The notes: generated by a model not told the origin, from the letters alone. A DNA stretch of 64,000 nucleotides from an uncultured delta proteobacterium (GCA_963761335.1 CAVXGR010000009.1:1-64000); one strand, 5' to 3'. Shown: positions 17,980-27,116, numbered from the stretch's first letter. Program-made: numbers and translations.

Positions 17980-18476
17980 GGGGACAGGCACCTTTTCGGC
18001 GACGGACAGCGGAGCCCCCACAACGCCGCTTGCGCCGAAAAGGAGCCTGCTTCGAAAATCTATTGGGTGAAGGTCTGGCGGAGCCTCGGCACTTGGTGTG
18101 GAGCTTATCGCCCCGGAGGGGCGCGGGCATGTAGCCCCGGGTGTTAACCCGGGGACTGCCGTTCCGATTGGCCCAGATCAGCGCCCCGGAGGGGCGCAGG
18201 CGTAGAGGCCGCGTGAATCACGTCCATGAGCCTCCCATGCACCCAGCGGTGATCATCGGCGTACAGGCGCGGCATCGACGAAAATCTGCCCGCGTCCCTG
18301 GCGGGGCGCGTATGACGGACGATTTTTCCCCGGGTTTCACCCGGGGCTACACGCCACCGCCCCTCCGGGGCGAACTTCGCCCAGGCGAGAACCGCCAAAT
18401 CTCTTTACGGATCAGAACCCCAGCCTCATTTTCATCGTCTATTGGTGAGCCGTAAGGCTCATGACGCACTGTCCCC
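17980..18476 (+). mobile_element. ~420-bp repeat-targeting element, copy B (body 18049-18468), within a GGGGACAGG hairpin
   Basis: Conserved ends gcttcgaaaatc... and ...attttcatcgtctattggtgagccgtaaggctcatgacgca; internal GTAGCCCCGGGT..ACCCGGGG REP palindromes. Confidence 0.88.
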
Positions 18477-18478
18477 GT

Positions 18479-19405
18479 CTAGCTGAACGCGGCTTTCAAT
18501 CCGGCGACGGCGTCGCCCACCGCCTCGCGGGCGCGATCGATAAAGGCGCCCATGCCGAAGAAGCCGTGGATCATGCCGTCGTAGCGCTTCAGCTTCGCCG
18601 ACACGCCAGCCTCCCGCAGCCGCCGCGCATAGGCCTCGCCCTCGTCGCGCAACGGGTCGAACTCGGCGGTGATCACCAGTGCCGGCGGCAGGCCGCTGAG
18701 GGACTCGGCGCGCAGCGGCGCGGCGTAGGGATTGCATCGATCATCGTCGCCGATGTAGTGGCCCCAGAACCAGCGCATGCCGTCGCGCGTCAACATGTAG
18801 CCGTCGGCATTCTCCCGGTAGGAGGCCGTCTCCAGGGAGGTGTCGGTCACTGGGTAAATCAGCAGCTGATAAACCAGCGACGGCGTACCGCGGTCGCGCG
18901 CCATCAGCGCCACCACGGCGGTGAGATTGCCGCCGGCGCTGTCGCCGCCGACGGCGATGCGGCGCGGATCGACGCCGATGCTGGCGGCGTTCTCGGCGAC
19001 CCAGCGGGCGGCGGCGTAGCAATCCTCGGCCGCGGCCGGGAACTTGTTCTCCGGCGCCAGGCGGTAGTCCACCGAGACCACCACGCACCCGGCGGCATTC
19101 GCCAGCGAGCGGCAGACGCCGTCGTGCGTTTCGAGATCACCCAGAACCCAGCCGCCGCCGTGGTAGTACACCAGGCCGGGCAGCGGCGCCGCTCCCGCGG
19201 GGGTGTAGATGCGCACCGGGATCTCACCGGCGGGTCCGGGAATCTTGCGGTTCTCCGCGGCGGCAATCGGCTCCGGCTCTCCCTGCATCGCCGCCATCGC
19301 CGTCATCGACTGGCGCGCCTCGGCGACCGGCAACTCGTGGAGGGCCGGCATTCCCATGGACTCGACCTGATCGAGAATCATCTTCGCCTGCGGGTCGATC
19401 GGCAT
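18479..19405 (-). CDS. alpha/beta hydrolase (HSL-family esterase/lipase)
   Basis: YYHGGGW, GDSAGG, DPLRDEG, HGF. Confidence 0.95.
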   Translation of the reverse strand: MPIDPQAKMILDQVESMGMPALHELPVAEARQSMTAMAAMQGEPEPIAAAENRKIPGPAGEIPVRIYTPAGAAPLPGLVYYHGGGWVLGDLETHDGVCRSLANAAGCVVVSVDYRLAPENKFPAAAEDCYAAARWVAENAASIGVDPRRIAVGGDSAGGNLTAVVALMARDRGTPSLVYQLLIYPVTDTSLETASYRENADGYMLTRDGMRWFWGHYIGDDDRCNPYAAPLRAESLSGLPPALVITAEFDPLRDEGEAYARRLREAGVSAKLKRYDGMIHGFFGMGAFIDRAREAVGDAVAGLKAAFS

Positions 19406-19490
19406 CAGCGCATCCTCCTCGATAGCGCACCGCATAGCCGCGCCCGCCACGGCTTGCAACCGCGGCCGGCGCTGTGGGAAGAAGTCGCTG

Positions 19491-20579
19491 ATGGGTTTCG
19501 ACTTCGGCCTGTTCTATGAGATTCCGGTTGCCGCGCCGTGGCACCCGCGCAGCGAGCACGATGCGTATCTCAATGTCATCGCCCAGGCGGTGCGCGGCGA
19601 GGAGGTCGGCTTCAGCCACTTCTGGACCGTCGAGCACCATTTCCTCAGCGAGTTCTCCCACTGCTCGGCGCCGGAAGTTCTCTACGGCGCCGTGGCGGCG
19701 CGCACCAGCCGCATCAAGATCGGCCACGGCGTGCGCCTGCTGCCCTTTCCCTACAACCATCCGATCCGCGTCGCCGAGATGGGCGCCGCCCTCGACCTGA
19801 TCTGCAGCGGCCGGCTGGAGTTCGGCACCGGCCGTTCATCGACACGCGCCGAGCTCGAGGGGTTCGGTATCGACCCACAGGAGACCCGCGACCTTTGGGA
19901 AGAGGCTCTCGAGGTGGTGGTCGGCGCCTGGACCGAGGACGTGTTCTCCTGGGACGGCAAGCACTTCAAGATCCCGCCGCGACGGGTTCACCCGAAGCCC
20001 CTGCAGAAGCCGCACCCGCCGCTGTGGATGGCGACCAGCAGCCCCGCCGGGCACGAGCTCGCGGGGCAGAAGGGTCTCGGGCTACTGTCCTTCACCATCG
20101 GCGTGCCGCCCAACGAGCTCGCCTTCCGCATCGAGCTCTACCGCAAGGCTCTCCAGAAGGCGACGCCGGTGGGTAAATTCGCCAACGGCCGCGCCGCCGC
20201 CTTCACCATGGTGCACTGCGCCGAGACCAACGAGGAGGCGCGGCGCAACGCCGAGGCCTCGGTGCTCTGGTATTTCCGCCGCAGCATCGAGCTGATCAGC
20301 TCGCTGGCGGAGTGGCAGGAGGGGCGCGAGCTGGGCTCGTACGGCTACACCAAGATGCTCAAGGACCTGAACCTGGAGGGCTTCAGCTTCGACATCCTCG
20401 ACGACCTCGACGCCATCATCGTCGGCGATCCGGACAAGTGCATCGAGAAGGCGAAGCGCTATCAGGAGGCCGGCTGCGACCAGCTGCTCTGCCTGATGCA
20501 GCCGTACGACATCCCCGCCGACAAGGTCATGCGCTCCATCGAGCTCTTCGGCCAGCACGTCATCCCGGCGTTCCGCTGA
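19491..20579 (+). CDS. LLM-class flavin-dependent oxidoreductase
   Basis: WTVEHHFLSEFSHCSAPEV, GRLEFGTGRS, PKPLQKPHPPLW; paralog of 2314-3438. Confidence 0.93.
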   Translation: MGFDFGLFYEIPVAAPWHPRSEHDAYLNVIAQAVRGEEVGFSHFWTVEHHFLSEFSHCSAPEVLYGAVAARTSRIKIGHGVRLLPFPYNHPIRVAEMGAALDLICSGRLEFGTGRSSTRAELEGFGIDPQETRDLWEEALEVVVGAWTEDVFSWDGKHFKIPPRRVHPKPLQKPHPPLWMATSSPAGHELAGQKGLGLLSFTIGVPPNELAFRIELYRKALQKATPVGKFANGRAAAFTMVHCAETNEEARRNAEASVLWYFRRSIELISSLAEWQEGRELGSYGYTKMLKDLNLEGFSFDILDDLDAIIVGDPDKCIEKAKRYQEAGCDQLLCLMQPYDIPADKVMRSIELFGQHVIPAFR

Positions 20580-20582
20580 CCT

Positions 20583-20889
20583 GGGGGCTGGATCCTTTTC
20601 GGCGCCAGAGCCCTCCGCAAGAGATCTTGGGTGAAGGCCTGGCGGGAGCCCCGGCGCTGGGGGTGGAGCATGTAGCCCCGGAGGGGCGCGGGCATGTAGC
20701 CCCTGGCGGGGCGCGTATGACGGAGCGCGCATTTTTCCCCGGGTTTCACCCGGGGCTACATACCACCGCCCCTCCGGGGCGAGCTTCGCCCAGGCGAGAA
20801 CCTCTTGCCGGGGCAGATCCTGGGCCAGATCCCCGGCCTCATTTTCATCGTCTACTGGTGAGCCGCAAGGCTCATGAGGCACTGTCCCC
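20583..20889 (+). mobile_element. repeat-targeting element, copy C (internally deleted, left junction degraded)
   Basis: Retains ttgggtgaagg and the full right end ...ggctcatgaggcactgtcccc; its last C overlaps the stop codon of the CoA-transferase. Confidence 0.8.
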
Positions 20890-22040
20890 TAGACCACCCC
20901 GGCACTGCGCATCTGCTCGATCTCCGCGTCAGCGTAGCCGAGGCCGCGGAGAACGGCCCCGGTATGCTCGCCGAAGACGGGCGGCGGGGTGCGCAGCGAT
21001 GCCGGGGTCTCCGAGAGCTTGAGCGGCGTGCCCAGGCACAGCGTCGGCCCCGCGGGACCGGGCATCTCCACCACCATTTTGCGGTGGCGCACCTGCGGGT
21101 CGGCGAAGGTCTCGTCGAGCCGGTTCACCGGCCCGAAGCAGATGGGCTCGTCGCCGAGCTCTGCAACCCATTCCGCCATGGTCTTCTCCCGGAAGGCGTC
21201 GCGGAAGAAACGGATCATCTCCTGGCGCGCCTCTCCTTCCGACCATTGCTGCGCGATGAAGTCCTCGCGGCCGAAGTGGCGGCAGAGCGTCTCCCAGAAG
21301 TGCGGCTCATAGGCGCCGACGGTGACGTAACGTCCGTCGCGGGTCTCGTAGACGTTGTAACAGGCGTAGCTCCCCGTCAGCTGCTCGCGGCCGCGCGCCG
21401 GCAGCTGGCCCGAGAGCAGGTAGAGAAGCGTGTGGTAGGCATTCCAGGCGACACTGCCGTCGAGCATGGCGATGTCGACCATCTGCCCGCGGCCGCTCTG
21501 GCCGCGGGCAATGACCGCGGCGAGAATGCCGAGCGCCGCCATCAGGGCGCCGCCGCCGATGTCGGCAATCTGCACGCCGGGGATCACCGGCGGGCCACCG
21601 GCACTGCCCATGAACTCGAGCACGCCGGCATAGCCGAGATAGTTGACGTCGTGCCCGACGCGGTCGCGATAGGGACCGTCCTGACCGTACCCGGTGATGG
21701 CGCAGTAGATCAGGCGCGGGTTCGCCTGGCGCAGCGTCTCGTAGTCGATCCCCAGGCGCTGCGTCACTCCGGGGCGAAAGCCTTCGAGGACGACGTCCGC
21801 TTCCGCCGCCAGCCGCAGGAAGATCTCGCGGCCGCGCTCCGACTTCAGGTTGAGCGTCATGCTGCGCTTGTTGCGGCCGAGAAAGGGAATGCCGGTGCCG
21901 AACGGATCCCCGGGGCTGGCGATCACCAGCACGTCCATTCCCAGATCGGCCAGCATCGCGGAGCAGAACGGCCCGGGGAGCTGGCGCGACAGGTCGAGAA
22001 GCCGCAGCGGAGCCAGAGCGAGGCGGAAGGGATCGCTCAT
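20889..22040 (-). CDS. CaiB/BaiF family (class III) CoA-transferase
   Basis: LDLSRQLPGPFC, RNKRSMTLNLK, EGFRPGV, GYGQDGP, GHDVNY. Confidence 0.95.
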   Translation of the reverse strand: MSDPFRLALAPLRLLDLSRQLPGPFCSAMLADLGMDVLVIASPGDPFGTGIPFLGRNKRSMTLNLKSERGREIFLRLAAEADVVLEGFRPGVTQRLGIDYETLRQANPRLIYCAITGYGQDGPYRDRVGHDVNYLGYAGVLEFMGSAGGPPVIPGVQIADIGGGALMAALGILAAVIARGQSGRGQMVDIAMLDGSVAWNAYHTLLYLLSGQLPARGREQLTGSYACYNVYETRDGRYVTVGAYEPHFWETLCRHFGREDFIAQQWSEGEARQEMIRFFRDAFREKTMAEWVAELGDEPICFGPVNRLDETFADPQVRHRKMVVEMPGPAGPTLCLGTPLKLSETPASLRTPPPVFGEHTGAVLRGLGYADAEIEQMRSAGVV

Positions 22041-22465
22041 CGCGCCGGGCTCGAATCGTCCGGCCTCCACACCGGTAGGGTCACCGTCTCGGTCAGCGGC
22101 CGATAGACGACGCGCACGCGCATTCCGAAACGCATCTGCTCGGGGGTGCAATCGACCATGTAGCCGACCAGGCGCGGCCCCTCGTCGAGCTGGACCACGA
22201 CCATGATGTGCGGCAGCAAATGGCGAAATGCCGGCAAGAAGGGCTCGGTGCCGACGACGTAGGTGTAGATCTCGCCGCCACCGCTGGCGGCGAACCACTC
22301 GAGGCGGCCGCCTTTCCAGTACTCCGGCTTGGGAGGCCAGTGCACCTCGCCGGTGTGTCGATCGCGCTGCAGCATGAGGCAATGCTCACGGGCACCGTCC
22401 CAGAACGGCCGGGTGATCGGATCGTCGAGGTCGGGCAGCGGATAGTCGGGATGCAGCGGCTCCAT
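22037..22465 (-). CDS. DUF35/ChsH2-like OB-fold protein (thiolase partner), lacking Zn-ribbon cysteines
   Basis: PFWDGAREHCLMLQR...ASGGGEIYTYVV...VQLDEGPRLVG. Confidence 0.88.
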   Translation of the reverse strand: MEPLHPDYPLPDLDDPITRPFWDGAREHCLMLQRDRHTGEVHWPPKPEYWKGGRLEWFAASGGGEIYTYVVGTEPFLPAFRHLLPHIMVVVQLDEGPRLVGYMVDCTPEQMRFGMRVRVVYRPLTETVTLPVWRPDDSSPAR

Positions 22466-22477
22466 CGTCGAGGTCTC

Positions 22478-23656
22478 CTAATCGCGGCGCAGCACCATGG
22501 CGCTGGTGGCGACTCCGGAGGCGCCGGTGATCATCGTCGCGCCGCAGTCGGGCACCTGCCCCGTCGAGGTGCCGCGCAGCTGGCGCACTCCCTCGAGAAT
22601 GAGGTTGAAGCCGTGCACGTAGGCCTCGGAGAGGCCGCCCCCGGAGGTCAGCACCGGCAGCTCGCCGCCGAGCTCGATGCGCCCACCTTCGGTGAACGGG
22701 CCGCCTTCGCCGCGCTTGCAGAAGCCGTAGTCCTCGAGCCCCATGATCACCAGCGGCGTGAAGGCGTCGTAGATCTGAGCACAGTCCATGTCCTTGGGCT
22801 GCAGCTCCGAGCGCCCCCACAGCAGATCGGCGCAGGGAACCGAGGTGGTCTGCATTCCGGGGGTGTTGTAGTTCGCCAGGTGCACGGGATTGGGGCCGGA
22901 GGCCTGTGCCACCGAGTGCACCAGGGCCGGGATCTGCCGCAGATCGCGGGCGCGCTCGACGCTGGTGACCACGCAGGCGAGAGCCCCGTCGGTTTCCAGG
23001 CAGCAGTCGTAGAGGTGCAGCGGATAGCCGATAACGCGGCCGCTCAGGTAGGTCTGCATGTCCAGAGGTCGCCCGTACATCATGGCGCCCGGGTTGCGGT
23101 TGGCGTGCTTGCGGGCGGCGATGGCGACGTTGCCGAAGTGCTCGCGCCGGGTACCGTACTCGTACATGTGGCGGTGCGCCCACATGCCGATGACGTCCAC
23201 CGGGCGGATCAGCCCCCAGGGAACGTGCAGCGCCTTGTCGTCCTTGACCAGCACCCGCTCCTGCGACCAGGGCCGTGCCGTTCTGGCGCCGCGGTTGCGG
23301 GCCCGGTGGCAGACGACGGTGGTCGCCAGGCCGGCGGCGATCGCGGCGGCGGCGTGCATCACGGTGGCGCACGAGGCGCCGCCGCCGTAGGAGGTCTTGT
23401 CCCACCACTGCAGGTTCTGCACCCCCAGTCGCCGCGCGATCGACACCTCGTGCGTCGACTCCATCTCGAACATGCACATGCCGTCGACGTCTTCCGCCTG
23501 GAGACCGGCGTCGTCGAGGGCGATCTGGATGGCCTCGACGGCGGTGTCCGAGATCGGCCGGCCGATGTCCTTGGCAAACGGCAGCTGGCCGATACCGACG
23601 ATGGCAACCCGGTCCTGGATCCGCCGGAAGAGGTCTCGATCGATGCCGCTGCTCAT
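22478..23656 (-). CDS. SCP2-type thiolase-like / lipid-transfer protein (Ltp2-like)
   Basis: VAIVGIGQ, HLYDCCLETDGA, QIYDAFTP, TSGGGLSEAYVHG, EGVRQLRG. Confidence 0.92.
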   Translation of the reverse strand: MSSGIDRDLFRRIQDRVAIVGIGQLPFAKDIGRPISDTAVEAIQIALDDAGLQAEDVDGMCMFEMESTHEVSIARRLGVQNLQWWDKTSYGGGASCATVMHAAAAIAAGLATTVVCHRARNRGARTARPWSQERVLVKDDKALHVPWGLIRPVDVIGMWAHRHMYEYGTRREHFGNVAIAARKHANRNPGAMMYGRPLDMQTYLSGRVIGYPLHLYDCCLETDGALACVVTSVERARDLRQIPALVHSVAQASGPNPVHLANYNTPGMQTTSVPCADLLWGRSELQPKDMDCAQIYDAFTPLVIMGLEDYGFCKRGEGGPFTEGGRIELGGELPVLTSGGGLSEAYVHGFNLILEGVRQLRGTSTGQVPDCGATMITGASGVATSAMVLRRD

Positions 23657-23686
23657 CTGCGCCCCGTCCTGTATGGAGGAAAGAGT

Positions 23687-24450
23687 GGGGACAGGCAACT
23701 TTTGCTCGCCAGGCCTACGGTGATCTCGAGAAATTCGAACAGCAAAAGTAGCCTGCTTCGAAAATCTGTTGGGTGAAGGTCTGGCGGAGCGCACCGGCGC
23801 TTGGCGTGGAGGCTCATCGCCCCGGAGGGGCGCAGGCATGTAGCCCCGGGTGTCAACCCGGGGACCGCGTTCCGATTGGCCCGGATCAGCGCCCCGCAGG
23901 GGCGCAGGCGTAGAGGCCGCGTGAGTCACCTCGATGAGCTTCCCACGCACCCGGCGGTGATCATCGGGGCGTGACATCGATGAAGACTTGCCCGCGCCCC
24001 TGGCGGGGCGCGCCTGACGGAGCGCGCCTTCTTCCCCGGGTTTCACCCAGGGTTTCACCCTGGGTTTCACCCGGGGCTACACGCCAGCGCCCCTCCGGGG
24101 CGAGCTTCGCCCAGGAACGTCCGCAGGGCCGCAGAAGACGGGCGCCGGCGCCGGGGGTTGAAACCGGCTTTGCCCAACGGGAATGCTCGTTGGCTGCGGG
24201 CGGGTTGTTGGTTGCTACGTTGTTAGGTTGTTAGGTCAATTCACCCCTTCTTACCAACAACCAACAACGCAACAACCTAACAACCTTCGGTCGCGACACC
24301 GTGGGCTCGATTCGTTGGGCAAAGCCGGTTGAAACCCCCGGCTAGCATCACGGGCGCCGAGGTACGGGAGGCCTCCGGCATACCGGTACCCGCCGAGCGT
24401 CCATTTTCATCGTCTGTTGGTGAGCCGCAGGCTCATGACGCACTGTCCCC
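23687..24450 (+). mobile_element. repeat-targeting element, copy D, with nested insertions (24116-24401)
   Basis: Same left and right junctions as B/E/F; part of the right half is replaced by ~286 bp of other repeats. Confidence 0.85.
24166..24326. mobile_element. 161-bp MITE with 14-bp TIRs and a 10-bp target-site duplication
   Basis: GGCTTTGCCCAACG ... CGTTGGGCAAAGCC flanked by GGTTGAAACC at 24156-24165 and 24327-24336. Confidence 0.82.
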
Positions 24451-24598
24451 AGCTAGACTTGGGGGGCGTACGCTGCTAGGAAGCTGGTTTGCGCTTCGAA
24501 CGAGAGACAATTTCCCACGTGAGGCAATCGACTGATACGGCTCGGCCGGCAGCAAGCGACGCCGATGCACTGATCGACGACCCGAGAAGGGACCGCTG

Positions 24599-24814
24599 AT
24601 GAGCCGCGACGACCTGCTGCAGATCACCGGCACGGTGACCGAGGTGCTCGCCGGCGGCCACTTCCGCATCAGGGGGGACAACGGTCGCGAGTTCATCGCC
24701 CGCATCGGCGGGCGCCTGCGCCGCTTCCACATCAAGGTCATCCCCGGCGATCACGTCACCATCGCCGTGTCCCCCTACGACCCCACGCACGGCCTGATCG
24801 TCCGCCGCGGTTAG
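24599..24814 (+). CDS. infA: translation initiation factor IF-1 (divergent)
   Basis: 71 aa: GTVTEVL...IARIGGRLRRFHIKVIPGDHVTIAVSPYDPTHGLIVRR. Confidence 0.9.
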   Translation: MSRDDLLQITGTVTEVLAGGHFRIRGDNGREFIARIGGRLRRFHIKVIPGDHVTIAVSPYDPTHGLIVRRG

Positions 24815-24862
24815 TCGGACCTGTTGGGGCCCAAACCGGAAGCGCGAGACCCCTCATTCTCC

Positions 24863-24993
24863 GTTCTCATTCCCGGTTCTCGTCCCGTCGTTTTCCATTG
24901 GCTCTGACAGCCGCGAGAAATCTGCAGCTGACCGGTCTCACCCCGGCTCGCAGAACAATGGAAAACGACGGGACGAGAACCGGGAATGAGAAC
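24863..24993. repeat. perfect 38-bp inverted repeat between convergent genes
   Basis: gttctcattcccggttctcgtcccgtcgttttccattg (24863-24900) and its reverse complement (24956-24993). Confidence 0.85.
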
Positions 24994-25085
24994 CGGCAAC
25001 GTCGCGGAGAACAGCGGGGGATTTGGTAGACGCTCTCCCGGACGCCTCGCCCCCGCGGAAGCTCCCGACACCCCGCGTCCGCCGC

Positions 25086-25592
25086 CTACGCGCGGCTCAT
25101 CCAGCTGAACGGCTGTCTCTTCCGCATGCGGTAGCCGAGCAGCAGGGGGACGATCAGGTACGGCAGGTTGAAGCCCAGGAACTTGGCGAGGTTCGTCGGC
25201 GGCAGCTGGCTGACAAACTCGCTCCCGAGGAAGACGATCATCCCGTACACCATCGCCGAGACGTAGATGATCGCCGGCATGCGGATCCAGTCGCGGCCGG
25301 TGACGAAGGCGTACACCAGAAGCAGGTAGAAGGGGCCGAAGATGAAGCCCGAGATGAAGGTCTGCACCTGCAGATGGGCGGGATGGGCGAGGAAGTACGG
25401 ATCGGTGCCGGCGGCGTACCAGTAGTTGGCGCGCACCCACCAGCTCCCCGCGTCCGGCGAGAAGCGCACTCCGAGCCCCGCCAGGGTGTCGGAGAAGAAC
25501 GACGTAAAGGCGAACAAGCTGAAGGCGACGACGAAGAACCAGTCGCCTGGACGCTGACGCAGCGGAACCGTCCTCCACCAATACCGAGCCAT
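25086..25592 (-). CDS. EXPERA/EBP-like membrane protein
   Basis: Real start MARYWWRT within the 599-aa track ORF; four hydrophobic segments, WYAAGTDPYFLAHP, FGPFYLLLVYAF, FNLPYLIVPLLL. Confidence 0.7.
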   Translation of the reverse strand: MARYWWRTVPLRQRPGDWFFVVAFSLFAFTSFFSDTLAGLGVRFSPDAGSWWVRANYWYAAGTDPYFLAHPAHLQVQTFISGFIFGPFYLLLVYAFVTGRDWIRMPAIIYVSAMVYGMIVFLGSEFVSQLPPTNLAKFLGFNLPYLIVPLLLGYRMRKRQPFSWMSRA

Positions 25593-25645
25593 CCCCACCC
25601 TTTCCCGCGCCAGCGCGCGAAAAACAAGAGGCGCGGAAGGGGACC

Positions 25646-27106
25646 TCAGGATCGGGAGTCGGCGCGCAGGTGCTCGTAGCGCGTCAGCCAGTACAATGGC
25701 TCCGGATCGGCGGGAAAGCGGCGGCGCGCCTGGCGCAGCATGCCGATGCCCTTGTCGTACTGATGGGTCTCCACGTAGGCGTTGCCCAGCAGCACCAGCT
25801 CGCGGGCGCCGACCCCGTCCGCACCGAGCGGCTCGAGGGCGGCGATCACCGCGGGAAAGTCTCCCTCCCGCGAAGCGGCCGTGGCGAGAAGGGGGCGGAT
25901 GATCTGCTGCTGCTCCGGGCTCGAGAGCTCCCCGAGTGCGTGTCCGAGCTCCGCTTCCGCCTGGGCGAAGTCGTCGTGCTCGAGCGCAATCCGCCCCAGA
26001 TAGTAGTGCGCCAGCGGGCTGCGCCCGATCAGCTCCCGCTGCACGAAGGGGCGCGTGATCGGCAACGGCCCCATCCAGCCGGCACTCAGCTGCCCGAAGC
26101 CGACGGCCGCGCCGACCAGCAGCAGCGAGGCGAAAATCGGCCGGGGCTCCCACCGATCCAGCAAAGGCGGGGCCGCGGCGGGCGGCGCCGACGATGCTGC
26201 GGAGCTTTCCCACCGGCCGAGGCCGGCGTACACCGCCAGCGCCAGCGCCCAGCCGGCGAGCACGTCGACCAGATAGTGCTCTCCCAGATAGATCACCGCG
26301 GCGCACACGGTCAGGGCGTAGGCCACCAGCAGCCATCCGGCGCGGCCCAGGTAGCGCAGCCCCAGCAGCGCGCAGATCGCCGGCAGGGCGACGTGCAGCG
26401 ACGGCATCGCCGCGATCGGGTTGGTGTCGAAGGCGGCCAGCAGCTCCGGCAGATGCACATTGTAGAACGAGCGCACCAGCTGCACGATCGGTGGCAGGAC
26501 GAGGAAGTCGTTGGCCGCCATCCATGGAGGAATCGTGGGGACGAGAAAATAGAAGATCAGGCCGACGTACATCGCGGCGACGACAGCGATCGCATAGACG
26601 CGAAAGGCCTCGCGGCGCACGAACCAGAGCAGCAATCCGAAGAGCAGGAAGAAGACGAAGTGAGAGGAGTAGACGAGGACGAAGAAGCGGTCGAGCCAGA
26701 TCGGCTCGGCGAGGGCGGCGCGCAGGTGCTGCGCCACCACCGGCGCAACCGCACCACCGCAGAGCCAGCGCTCCCACGAGAGCACGTAGCCGAGATACAT
26801 GGGAAGCTCGAAGTGGCTCATCAGCGAGAAGGCGAGGCCGCGGCAGAAATCGAAGAAGACCACGGCGCCGAGGAACACCGCCCAATCGTTGACGAACCTC
26901 TTCAGGCGGCCGGAGAGCAGCGCGGCGAGCAGCAGCACCGGCAGAACGAGACTCTTCAAAATGAAGAGGTAGCGATCGAACGCCACCATGGCGCTCAGCA
27001 CGACGACATAGAAGAGCACCGCACCGACCAGCACCCGGCTCGCAGGTGCGGGGCCGGGATCCTGCCGATCTCGACTCGGGCGACGGACCTTCCTCGCCTT
27101 CGCCAT
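25646..27106 (-). CDS. PAP2-superfamily (Aur1/IPC-synthase-like) membrane protein fused to TPR repeats
   Basis: YSSHF, PTIPPW, NPIAAMPSLH, EHYLVDVLAGW; C-terminal AHYYLGRIALEHDDFAQAEAEL and LLGNAYVETHQYDKG. Confidence 0.82.
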   Translation of the reverse strand: MAKARKVRRPSRDRQDPGPAPASRVLVGAVLFYVVVLSAMVAFDRYLFILKSLVLPVLLLAALLSGRLKRFVNDWAVFLGAVVFFDFCRGLAFSLMSHFELPMYLGYVLSWERWLCGGAVAPVVAQHLRAALAEPIWLDRFFVLVYSSHFVFFLLFGLLLWFVRREAFRVYAIAVVAAMYVGLIFYFLVPTIPPWMAANDFLVLPPIVQLVRSFYNVHLPELLAAFDTNPIAAMPSLHVALPAICALLGLRYLGRAGWLLVAYALTVCAAVIYLGEHYLVDVLAGWALALAVYAGLGRWESSAASSAPPAAAPPLLDRWEPRPIFASLLLVGAAVGFGQLSAGWMGPLPITRPFVQRELIGRSPLAHYYLGRIALEHDDFAQAEAELGHALGELSSPEQQQIIRPLLATAASREGDFPAVIAALEPLGADGVGARELVLLGNAYVETHQYDKGIGMLRQARRRFPADPEPLYWLTRYEHLRADSRS

Positions 27107-27116
27107 GCGGCTGCTC

